Of a DNA stretch of 32,000 nucleotides, positions 9,188 through 17,445 are shown piece by piece. This DNA comes from Chlamydiales bacterium. Its GTDB lineage: Bacteria; Chlamydiota; Chlamydiia; Chlamydiales; JAAKFR01. The stretch spans positions 570,001-602,000 of the forward strand of contig JAWLBH010000001.1 in the NCBI GenBank assembly GCA_041395025.1. Reading direction: 5' to 3'. The notes beneath the pieces are model-generated. The model did no database searches. It was not told where the DNA came from and saw nothing but the letters and a program-made list of their open reading frames with translations. Made by a program: the position numbers and the translations under genes. The first letter of the stretch is position 1. The number at the start of each line of letters is the position of its first letter.

Positions 9188-11101
9188 ATGATTCGAATGA
9201 TTTTATTTCTCCTTCTGTGCTTATGCCAAGAGCTTTTTGGAGTCAAACCTCCTGAAATCTCCGATTCAGATGTGATAAAGATACTGAATCAAATGATGGA
9301 GGCACATGCGTCTTATAAAGAGTTTTCTCCTCCTTTGATCGGTCGTACTTTAGAGGGGTATTTAGAAGAACTTGATCCAATAAAAACCTATTTATTAGAA
9401 GAAAAAATTGAAAAATGGATTGATCCTTCTGAAGAAACTCTTCAAACAGTATTGGATGAGATACAAAACGGGACTTTTACAACTTTTAGGTCCATTCATA
9501 ATCTAATGATAGAGGCGATCAAAGAGCGAGAAGAGTTAGAAAAGCAATTAGAAGGGCTCGACCTTCCTCAGAATACCTCGGTAAATGAATTCAAAAACCT
9601 TAGATGGGCAAAAACAGAAGAAGAATTATTGACACGTTTATTAAGAATGAAAGCGCTTCAGATGCATGCTGCTGAAAGACTTGGTGATACTGATTCACGT
9701 GATCGAGCGATTCAAAGAATCAATAAAAGGAGAATTGCAAGAGAAGAAGAAATTGCTCCAAAAGATTCTGAAGACAGAGCACGTTTTATCCGTGCTCATA
9801 TTCTTAAAGCTTTTGCTAGTTCACTTGATGCCCATACCGTTTACTTTACCCCAAATGAAGCTTCTCAATTCATGATTCAGGTCCAACAACGACTCTTTGG
9901 AATTGGGGTGCAGCTACGTGATGATCTTAATGGGTTTACAGTGGTTAAATTGATTGAAGGCGGACCAGCTATTCAAGGCAATCGTTTAAAAATACATGAC
10001 AGAATCATCGCGATTAACTCCGAGTCTGTTGTAGGACTTGAGATTACTGAAGCTGTTGAATTAATACGAGGAGAAGAAGGCACACCAGTGATTTTAACTG
10101 TCTTGCGGAATGATCAACAAACGCTAGACATCGAAATTATCCGTGGAGAGGTGTTGATTAAAGAAGCACGAATTGAATCCTCAAAAATTCCTTTTGGAGA
10201 TGGAGTGATTGCACATATCTCACTCCATGCTTTTTATCAAGACCCTCTTCATTCCTCTGCAGCTGATATCTATGAGGAAATTGAAAAAATACGTTCTGAT
10301 CATAAAATTAAAGGGATAGTGCTTGATCTGCGTCTGAACTCAGGAGGCGTTTTGCCACAAGCAGTGAGTGTAGCTGGCCTCTTTATCACTAAGGGAATTA
10401 TTGTCTCTATTAAAGATAACCGTGGAGTGATCGATCATCTACGGGATATTAGTGGAAAAATGTTATACGATGGTCCCTTAATTATTCTAACGAGTAAAAT
10501 CAGTGCTTCAGCAGCAGAAATTGTTTCCCAAACTCTTCAAGATTACGGACGTGCAATTATTATTGGTGATAAGCATACTTATGGGAAAGGGACGTTTCAA
10601 ACTTTTACACTCGATGGATCTAATCATGGTAAAATTAGTCCTAAAGGAGAATTTAAAGTCACGCGTGGACGATATTATACTGTATCTGGCAAAAGTCCGC
10701 AATTAGTTGGTGTAGAACCTGACATTGTGGTCCCAGGTTTTTACTCAAAATCTGAGATAGGAGAAATGCATGCAAAATACCCTCTTGATAATGATGCGAT
10801 CTCAGAAAATTTTCAAGATGATCTATCCGATATCCCTGTTGTTGAGCGCGACCAGCTCAGTTGGCTCTATCGTTTTAGTTTACAACCTCGTATCAAAACT
10901 TACACACGCCTTTTGCCACAGCTCAGAAAAAATTCAGAAGCGCGGATTGCTCAAAATAAATTCTATCAAAGCTTCTTAACTTCTCTCGAAAATATGGAGA
11001 ATTATCCAGAAAAATTTGATATATATAACGAAGGAGATCCTCAGCTAAATGAGGCCATTCACATCATGCAAGATCTCATCGTCTTGTTAAAATACAACTA
11101 G
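9188..11101 (+). CDS. tsp: tail-specific (C-terminal processing) protease, peptidase S41, with PDZ domain
   Basis: 637-aa ORF. It has a signal peptide (MIRMILFLLLCLCQELFG), a PDZ-like segment (GIGVQLRDDLNGFTVVKLIEGGPA) and the S41 motifs LDLRLNSGG, TSKISASAAEIV and GKGT. Confidence 0.92.
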   Translation: MIRMILFLLLCLCQELFGVKPPEISDSDVIKILNQMMEAHASYKEFSPPLIGRTLEGYLEELDPIKTYLLEEKIEKWIDPSEETLQTVLDEIQNGTFTTFRSIHNLMIEAIKEREELEKQLEGLDLPQNTSVNEFKNLRWAKTEEELLTRLLRMKALQMHAAERLGDTDSRDRAIQRINKRRIAREEEIAPKDSEDRARFIRAHILKAFASSLDAHTVYFTPNEASQFMIQVQQRLFGIGVQLRDDLNGFTVVKLIEGGPAIQGNRLKIHDRIIAINSESVVGLEITEAVELIRGEEGTPVILTVLRNDQQTLDIEIIRGEVLIKEARIESSKIPFGDGVIAHISLHAFYQDPLHSSAADIYEEIEKIRSDHKIKGIVLDLRLNSGGVLPQAVSVAGLFITKGIIVSIKDNRGVIDHLRDISGKMLYDGPLIILTSKISASAAEIVSQTLQDYGRAIIIGDKHTYGKGTFQTFTLDGSNHGKISPKGEFKVTRGRYYTVSGKSPQLVGVEPDIVVPGFYSKSEIGEMHAKYPLDNDAISENFQDDLSDIPVVERDQLSWLYRFSLQPRIKTYTRLLPQLRKNSEARIAQNKFYQSFLTSLENMENYPEKFDIYNEGDPQLNEAIHIMQDLIVLLKYN

Positions 11102-11208
11102 TTTATTTAAAATCTTTGTCGATCATCTTATTCGAAAAATAAAGAGTATTTTCACGGCTAATCATTTAAGATGCAAACTATTGAGAGTAAAATTAAATAG
11201 GATAAATC

Positions 11209-12702
11209 ATGGATAAATCTGTTCGTGTGCGTATTGCTCCCTCTCCTACAGGAGATCCTCATGTTGGGACTGCCTATATGGCTCTTTTTAATCTCATTTT
11301 TGCTCGTCACTATGGAGGAACATTTATTCTCCGTATTGAAGATACGGACCGTCAACGTAGTCAAATTCAATATGAAAAAAATATCTATGATGCTCTTCAC
11401 TGGTTTGGCATCCAATGGGATGAAGGTCCTGATGTCGGAGGTCCTTTTGCTCCTTATCGCCAATCAGAAAGAAGTGAAATTTACAAAAAATATGCTTATC
11501 GCCTTCTGGAAGAAGGTAAAGCTTATAAATGTTTTGCTACACCTGAAGAATTGGCAGAAATGCGAGAAATATCGAAAGGCTATGACCGCCGTTATCGTAA
11601 TCTTAGTCCTAAAGAATTGAGGGATTATGAGAAAGCAGGTAGGTCCTTTGTGATTCGTCTTAAAGTTCCTCTGAAAGGTGAAAGTTTTTTTCAAGATGAG
11701 GTCAGAGGGTCAATCCATTTCTCTTGGGCGGATATCGATGATCAGATTCTTCTTAAGTCAGATGGTCTTCCCACTTATCACTTAGCAAATATAGTAGATG
11801 ATCATTTAATGGGCATCACTCATGTGATCCGTGGTGATGAATGGACCAGCTCCACTCCGAAACATCTTCTTCTTTATAAGATGTTTGAATGGGAACCCCC
11901 TAAATTTATCCATATGCCCTTACTTCTTGGCACTGATGGAAAAAAACTCTCTAAACGACGTAATCCCACTTCTATCTTCTTCTATAGAGACTCTGGTTAT
12001 CTTCCTGAGGCATTGTTAAATTTTCTCACCCTCATGGGATATAGCATGGCCAAAGACCAAGAGATATACTCCCTAGAAGAGATCATCAAACACTTTGATA
12101 TAAAACGTATTGGGCTCTCTGGTGCAATTTTTGATCATAAAAAACTCGATTGGATGAATCAACACTATCTCATCAATGAGATTCGACAAGAGGAGCTATG
12201 GGGACGGATCAAGAATTGGGGATTTTCTGAGACTTTTATGCAAAAGCTCATGCCTCTTGTCCATACTCGTATTAAAACTTTTGGAGATTTCATGGAATTA
12301 TGCCATTTCTTTTTCATCAACCATCTCTCTTATACCCAAGAACTCTTGACTCCACAAGGTCTCACACCAGAACAAGCTGCCTCTATCCTTCAAACAATTC
12401 TCTGGTCAATTGAAAATCCAGAAAATTCTCTTCGCGAAGCGATGGAAAAAACCTCTTGGGAAGTTGCTGAGGCTTTTAGAGTGAATCATAAAAAAATTAT
12501 CATGCCGCTTTTGTTTGTAGCCATTATGGGAAAACGACATGGCCCTCCTCTTTTCGATTCTGTAGAAATTTTAGGCAAAGATCGAACACGTGGACGTCTA
12601 TTGGAAGCAATCTCTTTTTTAGGAGGTCTTTCTAATAAAAAGCTCTCTCGTCTTAAAGAACTTTGGCAAGCAGGGACTTGCTTTTCTCTCATAGAACCAT
12701 GA
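11209..12702 (+). CDS. gltX: glutamyl-tRNA synthetase
   Basis: 497-aa ORF with the class I motifs PTGDPHVGTA (HIGH) and KLSKR (KMSKS), and the typical RIEDTD segment. Confidence 0.95.
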   Translation: MDKSVRVRIAPSPTGDPHVGTAYMALFNLIFARHYGGTFILRIEDTDRQRSQIQYEKNIYDALHWFGIQWDEGPDVGGPFAPYRQSERSEIYKKYAYRLLEEGKAYKCFATPEELAEMREISKGYDRRYRNLSPKELRDYEKAGRSFVIRLKVPLKGESFFQDEVRGSIHFSWADIDDQILLKSDGLPTYHLANIVDDHLMGITHVIRGDEWTSSTPKHLLLYKMFEWEPPKFIHMPLLLGTDGKKLSKRRNPTSIFFYRDSGYLPEALLNFLTLMGYSMAKDQEIYSLEEIIKHFDIKRIGLSGAIFDHKKLDWMNQHYLINEIRQEELWGRIKNWGFSETFMQKLMPLVHTRIKTFGDFMELCHFFFINHLSYTQELLTPQGLTPEQAASILQTILWSIENPENSLREAMEKTSWEVAEAFRVNHKKIIMPLLFVAIMGKRHGPPLFDSVEILGKDRTRGRLLEAISFLGGLSNKKLSRLKELWQAGTCFSLIEP

Positions 12703-12837
12703 TTAACTATGTCCCTCTTCTAGTTCGAGAGGAAGTTTCTTTTCCGCGATAATATAAGTAGGTTGATAAGGAAGAGGAGAGTAACAGCATCCTTTTATTA
12801 AGATTCCAAAAAGAAGGATTAAAAAAATATTCTTCAT
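12703..12837 (-). CDS. possible 44-aa small lipoprotein / signal-peptide ORF (below the ORF-track size cutoff)
   Basis: Hand translation gives MKNIFLILLFGILIKGCCYSPLPYQPTYIIAEKKLPLELEEGHS*. A hydrophobic leader ends in a lipobox-like IKGC followed by a second Cys. No SD is visible and Lys at position -2 of the lipobox is atypical. It begins at the edge of an extremely AT-rich spacer. Confidence 0.25.
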   Translation of the reverse strand: MKNIFLILLFGILIKGCCYSPLPYQPTYIIAEKKLPLELEEGHS

Positions 12838-12897
12838 GCTTTTATTTTAAATAAAAAATAAAAATAGTAACAATAATAATATAAAAAATATTATATA

Positions 12898-12926
12898 TTG
12901 AAAATAATTATTATACATGTTAAAAT
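12898..12926 (+). promoter_or_regulatory. sigma-70/66-like promoter candidate for the 326-aa orphan gene
   Basis: TTGAAA (12898-12903), a 17-nt spacer, then TAAAAT (12921-12926), inside a spacer (12838-12961) that is almost entirely A/T. Sequence match only. Confidence 0.3.
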
Positions 12927-12961
12927 TTATCTATTAATTATTTTTATAGTTTGAGAATTCT

Positions 12962-13942
12962 ATGGTAAAAAAAACAGAAAATATTCAATCCACCTCTTCT
13001 TTATACAAACAAGGTTTTAGATATAAGACTTACGACTCAGAACAAACTGTTGTACGTGATGGAAGAGCTTATCGAGAAGTCCATTTGACTGATCGAGATC
13101 CCAACCAACCAGCAGGAAAATTGCAACGCCTTGGTAGGGCTGCCCTTGGTATTCTTGCATTTCCTGCCAATATTTCCTCAAAATTTCGTGAAAAAACATG
13201 GGGAGTTGCTACCAAAGGATATCAAGAGGTGAAATACCTTGAAGGTGGAGATGACATATTAACAGAACGAAGAAAAAAAGTAGACGATATATCCTCCTTT
13301 CAGGAGGCAGATAAACAATCAGATCTAGAAAAAGAATTTGGGTATGATCCAATAGATCGCAAGAGTATTATTCAGTATTTAAAGCGAGATGACATTCGTG
13401 CAAAACTGATTAAAGATGATTGTGGTAACTATTATCTTCCTGAAAATAAACATCCGCAAAGATCGGCTTTCTTATTTATTCCTGGAGGGAACTTTGAGAA
13501 AGCTATCTCAATAAAACTCTCAAATTCGCGTACGGGAGAAGTAGTTAAAGGAAGTGAATTTTCCAAAATGATGTATATTTATGGTTCGCAATATGAAGAT
13601 ATGCAAAAAGGAATGGGAGTAGAAGCGGACAAAATTATCCACCAGTTATTTCCAGATAAAACATCTGATAAAAAACTCAAAGACAAAGTATTAGAAAGCA
13701 TGCGTATCGCTGTGATTAGTCCAGAATGGGAACATACGCGGATTTATAGTGGTCATCTTCGGGATAAGAGAGACATTTTTGGTAAATTTCTTTGTGAAGA
13801 TCCACATCAAGGAAGACGTATTGAATGGGAAGACTCGACAAAAAAACATGTATCAGAGCTTTGCAAAAAACAACCAGATAATAAGCTAGAGACAAAACAG
13901 GCATTCCCCTATCCACCGCCTCAAAGCTCTTCTCTGATATAG
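12962..13942 (+). CDS. hypothetical protein, no recognisable domain (lineage-specific; effector candidate)
   Basis: A 326-aa ORF that stays open in AT-rich DNA, where long ORFs are unlikely by chance. The N-terminus is polar (MVKKTENIQSTSSLYKQ) and there is no TM segment. I recognise no motif. Confidence 0.6.
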   Translation: MVKKTENIQSTSSLYKQGFRYKTYDSEQTVVRDGRAYREVHLTDRDPNQPAGKLQRLGRAALGILAFPANISSKFREKTWGVATKGYQEVKYLEGGDDILTERRKKVDDISSFQEADKQSDLEKEFGYDPIDRKSIIQYLKRDDIRAKLIKDDCGNYYLPENKHPQRSAFLFIPGGNFEKAISIKLSNSRTGEVVKGSEFSKMMYIYGSQYEDMQKGMGVEADKIIHQLFPDKTSDKKLKDKVLESMRIAVISPEWEHTRIYSGHLRDKRDIFGKFLCEDPHQGRRIEWEDSTKKHVSELCKKQPDNKLETKQAFPYPPPQSSSLI

Positions 13943-13967
13943 GGGCTGGATTTCACATCAACTGATT

Positions 13968-14777
13968 TTATGAGAATGAACTTTCAAAAATGGGAAAAAG
14001 AGGGTGCTCCGCACTTCTCTTTTTTTCCCCTGCGATCGATACAATTGGACAGACTCCTCCCATTGAATTAGTGCGAAAATAGATCGCTTCTTTGGGTAAA
14101 TCTTTGAATTGCACTTCGACTTCCTCAATCTCATATCCACGCGTTTTTGCGAATGCAATGACTTTTGTAATCGTCACACCAAAATAAAGAGGGAGCTTTC
14201 GGTGGGGTGTGTAGAATTTCTTATCAATCACCCAACAAAGATTTCCAAAAGCAGTTTCTAGTACCACCCCTGCTTGAGTTAATGTAATACAATCATCGAC
14301 TCCTTGATCGCGTGCCTCTTGCATCACATATAAGCGATTAAGGTGAGCGAGACTCTTATACGATGCATGACAAAGATAGAATGGATGAGAAAAGAGGCCA
14401 AGTTTTAAAGATTGTGAGACCCCATGAAATGGATGGAGTGTCATGAATATTCTCCCTTTTCGCTTAGGAAGGTAAAGAGCGGGCTCATCTCCTCCTGTAA
14501 TGATAATCTTTAATTTCCAAATGCCTTTTTGAGCTTGATTCCGCTCAATTAATTTGAAAATATCTGCTTGTTCAAAAAAAGGGAGAGCTAGGTGAATTGC
14601 CTGACATTGCTCAGACAGCCTTTCCAAGTGTGTCTCTAAAAATAAGGGAATACTGTCACGCACTTGAATCGTCGCATATACTCCATCACCAAATAATAAT
14701 CCTCGGTCAGTGAGCGGAATATGTGCCTCTTTTTCAGGTAAAAACCTCCCTTCATAATAGACAAAGTTCATTTGCAC
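13968..14777 (-). CDS. pabC: aminodeoxychorismate lyase / class IV aminotransferase-fold protein
   Basis: The 269-aa ORF has the layout of fold-type IV PLP enzymes (...RGLLFGDGVYATI..., ...FGNLCWV...). It overlaps the upstream chorismate-utilising enzyme gene by 26 nt, the classic pabB-pabC pairing. A branched-chain/D-amino-acid aminotransferase cannot be excluded by eye. Confidence 0.7.
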   Translation of the reverse strand: MQMNFVYYEGRFLPEKEAHIPLTDRGLLFGDGVYATIQVRDSIPLFLETHLERLSEQCQAIHLALPFFEQADIFKLIERNQAQKGIWKLKIIITGGDEPALYLPKRKGRIFMTLHPFHGVSQSLKLGLFSHPFYLCHASYKSLAHLNRLYVMQEARDQGVDDCITLTQAGVVLETAFGNLCWVIDKKFYTPHRKLPLYFGVTITKVIAFAKTRGYEIEEVEVQFKDLPKEAIYFRTNSMGGVCPIVSIAGEKKRSAEHPLFPIFESSFS

Positions 14778-16026
14778 CTAATACTTGAAATAGTGATTGT
14801 CCTTTATGTAACGTCTCTTCAAACTCTTTCATTGGATCGGAATCGATGATAATGGCCCCACCAAGAGCGAGCCGAATAGAGGCTGAATTGATAACCAATG
14901 TGCGAATTGCAATATTGAAATCAAAATCTCCATGAGCAGAAAAATACCCAATTGAGCCTGTATAGACTCCTCGAGGGCGTTGCTCTAATAAGGTAATCGC
15001 TTCCATTGCTGATAGTTTTGGACACCCTGTAATTGATCCGCCTGGAAATAGCTGGCGTATCAAAGGAACTGGCTCTGCGTCGCAACGCCCTTCAATAATT
15101 GAAAGAAGATGGAAAACATTCGTATAAGCCTCACATCGCCAAATTTCCTTTGTATTCACTGAACCTGGAAAGGAGACTTTTCCTAAATCATTGCGCATCA
15201 AATCGGTGATCATCAGTAATTCAGCTCTCTCTTTTTCAGAATTTAAGAGCCTGTTGCGGTTCAATCTCTCTTCTAAAGCAGTTTGACCTCTTGGTATTGT
15301 TCCTTTAATTGGCCGTGTTTCCAATCTACTACCTTTTCTAGATAAAAAACGCTCAGGAGAGGAAGAGACAATGGTAAAATCTCCACATTGCATATAGGCA
15401 GAAAAAGCCGTGGGATTCAAAGAGCAAATTTTCTGAAAGATATCAAAAGGATCACTTTTCCCTTCAAAAAGAAATTCTTGAGAAAGATTAAGTTGGTAGA
15501 GTTTCCCTTCTAAAATCCAATTCTTGATCTCTCTAATTTTAGCTAGATAACTCTCTAATGAATCAGAACGAAATCTAAGTTTTACCTCTGATCCATAAGA
15601 GAGAGGAGGGGGCTGTTTTAAGGAAATCTCTTTATCTCCATAAAGAGTCGCTTGGCGAGTTTTATGATCAAAATGGATAACAACAGTTGGACGATAGAAC
15701 AAAGCATCTGGGATCTCTGAAGAAAAACAAGGAATTTCAATATCTAGATCAGCAAAAGCTCCCATTTCATACCCAATAAACCCTACCCACTTCAGTATAG
15801 ATGATGGGGAATCAAAAGTTCCTAAATACTCCTTAAGTTCATCCCAACACCCTTTTTTAGCTTTTACCTGTATTTTCTCTTCAGGGAAAAGACAAAGATA
15901 AGAATGACATGCTGAATCAAGTTTTCCCCCAGAATAGAGGAGCACAGTCCCCTCAACCTTTGCAAAATACCTTGCAAAGGAGATAGGATCATTTGGATTA
16001 AAGGTCCATGTTGTGATAAACCGCAT
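14752..16026 (-). CDS. pabB: chorismate-binding enzyme, probable aminodeoxychorismate synthase component I
   Basis: 424-aa ORF with the C-terminal chorismate-binding motifs PGGSITGCPK, PRGVYTGSIGYF and GGAIIIDSDPMKEFEETLHK. The pabB call over trpE/menF comes from the adjacent overlapping pabC-like gene. Confidence 0.75.
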   Translation of the reverse strand: MRFITTWTFNPNDPISFARYFAKVEGTVLLYSGGKLDSACHSYLCLFPEEKIQVKAKKGCWDELKEYLGTFDSPSSILKWVGFIGYEMGAFADLDIEIPCFSSEIPDALFYRPTVVIHFDHKTRQATLYGDKEISLKQPPPLSYGSEVKLRFRSDSLESYLAKIREIKNWILEGKLYQLNLSQEFLFEGKSDPFDIFQKICSLNPTAFSAYMQCGDFTIVSSSPERFLSRKGSRLETRPIKGTIPRGQTALEERLNRNRLLNSEKERAELLMITDLMRNDLGKVSFPGSVNTKEIWRCEAYTNVFHLLSIIEGRCDAEPVPLIRQLFPGGSITGCPKLSAMEAITLLEQRPRGVYTGSIGYFSAHGDFDFNIAIRTLVINSASIRLALGGAIIIDSDPMKEFEETLHKGQSLFQVLGANELCLL

Positions 16027-16714
16027 GAACTTCCTCTATTTCTTCAAGCCATTGGATCAAGCTAAGATTGGCTCTCTGATCTTCAGGTTGGCAACGAATC
16101 CGCATTTTTGGAATCATCTCAATATTGACTTCAGTAATTATAGTACTTATCCCCTCCAGCTTTTCTCTCACTGCATAGAGTTCAGCAGGATCAGTAATAA
16201 TTATATACCTATCCTCACTTATTTCAAAATTCTCAGCTCCAGATTCAATTGCAAGATTTAAAATCCTCTCCTCATCTTCCTTTTCTTTTTTAATCTGGAT
16301 CACACCTTTGCGAGAAAAGCTAAAGGCAACACTCCCAGGTTGAGCCATATTCCCTCCTTTTTTATTAGTTGCAATCCTCATATCTGAAGCAGTGCGATTT
16401 TTATTATCTGTAATTGCTTCAATCATAAGCCCAATTCCCCCATATCCATACATTTCATATATAATGCATTCGTAGTTAGATGAATCTTTTTCAGAAGCTT
16501 TTTTGATGTTTCTTTCAATATTTTCACTGGGCATATTAGCTTCTTTAGCTTTTTGAACTGCAAAACGCAGCCGAGAATTACTTTTGGGATCGGGGCCTCC
16601 CAATTTAACAGCACTGATGATTTCTTTGATAAGATTGGAAAAAACTTTTCCTTTGGCTCTGTCAGCGCGTTCCTTTTTATGCTTAATATTTGCCCACTTA
16701 CTATGACCAGCCAT
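15998..16714 (-). CDS. yebC: YebC/PmpR (TACO1) family transcriptional/translational regulator
   Basis: 238-aa ORF starting MAGHSKWANIKHKK..., the hallmark YebC N-terminus. Its end overlaps the pabB start by 29 nt. Confidence 0.93.
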   Translation of the reverse strand: MAGHSKWANIKHKKERADRAKGKVFSNLIKEIISAVKLGGPDPKSNSRLRFAVQKAKEANMPSENIERNIKKASEKDSSNYECIIYEMYGYGGIGLMIEAITDNKNRTASDMRIATNKKGGNMAQPGSVAFSFSRKGVIQIKKEKEDEERILNLAIESGAENFEISEDRYIIITDPAELYAVREKLEGISTIITEVNIEMIPKMRIRCQPEDQRANLSLIQWLEEIEEVHAVYHNMDL

Positions 16715-16926
16715 TAACCACCCTTAAACAGCCTATTTTCTATTAAATAGATGAGCTTACCTTAAACTATTCTAGATGAAAAGTTTTAGAAGAGAATGAA
16801 AAAACTTATTGTACCAACCATGGAAGATTGGGTTTTTTTGATTTAAAATTGTATAGCAATCAAACAGTCTTTTATTATACAAACCTTTATCCCAAGTGAT
16901 TCCTTATCATTCACTAAAATGATACA

Positions 16927-17442
16927 CTATAAGACACGCTCCATAATAACTTTACCGATATATTTGTCATTATCTTTCATAAAATGTTTTTGAAATCCTA
17001 TTTCACGAAACCCAAACCGCTCATATAGCCTAATAGCAGGATTGTTTTCGTAGACTTCTAGGTAAAGCACTTCTATGCCAAAATAATTCTTCGCTAAATG
17101 AATGATATTGTTCATTAATAATGTTCCAATACCCTGCCCGCATAAATCTTTTGATACAATGATTGACAGTAAGCAATGGTGAATCAATTTTCGATAGGGC
17201 ATTAAACAAAGAGTTGCAATCCCAACTGGCTTGCCTTCAATTGTTGCAGTTAAACTGCTTTTATAATTGGAAAATCCAATCCAATGTTTAACCGCATCCT
17301 CAATTTCAGCTGGTTCTGACATTGTAAACCCTATCTTTAACACCTCAGGGTCTTCTAACCATTTTTTCAGATAGGAACTATCGTCAAGATTTGTATAGCG
17401 AATTTCAACTTCTGATTTAGTTTTTTGCTTCTTTTCATCCAT
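16927..17442 (-). CDS. GNAT-family N-acetyltransferase
   Basis: 171-aa ORF with the acetyl-CoA motif A (...VSKDLCGQGIGTLLMNNII...) and GNAT-type C-terminal strands (LYLEVYENNPAIRLYERFGF). It starts 3 nt after the prfB stop and is probably co-transcribed with it. Confidence 0.85.
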   Translation of the reverse strand: MDEKKQKTKSEVEIRYTNLDDSSYLKKWLEDPEVLKIGFTMSEPAEIEDAVKHWIGFSNYKSSLTATIEGKPVGIATLCLMPYRKLIHHCLLSIIVSKDLCGQGIGTLLMNNIIHLAKNYFGIEVLYLEVYENNPAIRLYERFGFREIGFQKHFMKDNDKYIGKVIMERVL

Positions 17443-17445
17443 TTT

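Noticed and set aside
11158-11694. ORFs of 101, 131 and 76 aa overlapping the 5' part of gltX
   Set aside because: They are alternative or antisense frames of a gene carrying the HIGH and KMSKS motifs, and have no independent support.
12711-12752. A possible gltX terminator hairpin (CCTCT-N9-AGAGG followed by a T-rich run)
   Set aside because: The stem is only 5 bp, the U-tract is interrupted, and the region lies inside the candidate small ORF on the other strand. This is too weak to call.
16739-16751. The inverted repeat TCTATT-A-AATAGA upstream of yebC as a regulatory operator
   Set aside because: A 6-bp AT-only half-site in AT-rich intergenic DNA is expected by chance, and I found no second copy or supporting context.
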